Of a stretch of 64,000 nucleotides of DNA, positions 63,775 to 64,000 are shown piece by piece. Both the position numbers and the translations under genes were made by a program. The DNA is from Macrostomum lignano (Eukaryota): contig NIVC01000778.1 in the NCBI GenBank assembly GCA_002269645.1, positions 372,001 through 436,000 on the forward strand, written 5' to 3'. The notes under the pieces are model-generated. The model saw only the letters and a program-made list of their open reading frames with translations, made no database searches and was not told the origin of the DNA. Numbering within the stretch: the stretch's first letter is position 1; every line of letters starts with the position of its first letter.

Positions 63775-64000
63775 TTTGCACAAAATATTATTCAACAATT
63801 GAAAAAAGAACTGATAAAAAGTATCAATCAAACTTTTTCTAAGCAATGATAAGCTTTAACTGTAAGACAACAAAATTGGCTCAACAAATCACAAGCTATA
63901 TATATGTAGAAATAAAAGTAGCCACGAAAAAAACACCACCTCCCCTCCAGCCCAGTACATTGTACTCAATTTTGCATTCATTTTTACTTTATTACACAAT

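Larger units (their letters stand above)
59847..64000 (-). mobile_element. Helitron-like unit B (3' end at 59847; 5' extent unknown, may include the RPA1-like gene)
   Basis: 3' terminus shares ctagcaatcta plus a CCCC-loop-GGGG hairpin with unit A and abuts the 5' TC of unit A. Extent beyond the terminus is inference. Confidence 0.45.

Overview
Eukaryotic (animal) genomic DNA with spliceosomal introns and a different minisatellite in almost every large intron. Splice-acceptor-like AGs just before several start codons and the overall repeat style suggest a flatworm such as Macrostomum (inference only). Six protein-coding genes were reconstructed by hand. They are: a KDM5/lid histone demethylase (+, 6 exons) lacking PHD2 and PHD3; a single-ORF zinc-finger gene ending in a PxVxL motif (+); a still life/TIAM-type Rho-GEF (-, at least 18 exons) whose DH domain has lost key catalytic residues; GPR155/LYCHOS (-, 8 exons); MRPS33 (-); and a short two-OB-fold RPA1-like gene (-, 3 exons). 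One tRNA-Gly(TCC) is present. Mobile elements identified from their termini include a 2.37-kb hAT element with a nested mariner remnant, three hAT-type MITEs, a Merlin deletion derivative, tRNA-derived SINEs, and two head-to-tail Helitron-like units. One Helitron-like unit contains a 3.8-kb 21-bp satellite; the other probably carries the RPA1-like gene. The most striking unexplained signal is a sharply bounded ~5.2-kb block (47012-52172) with a single CpG and excess TpA, which looks like a deamination/hypermutation footprint on old repeat DNA.
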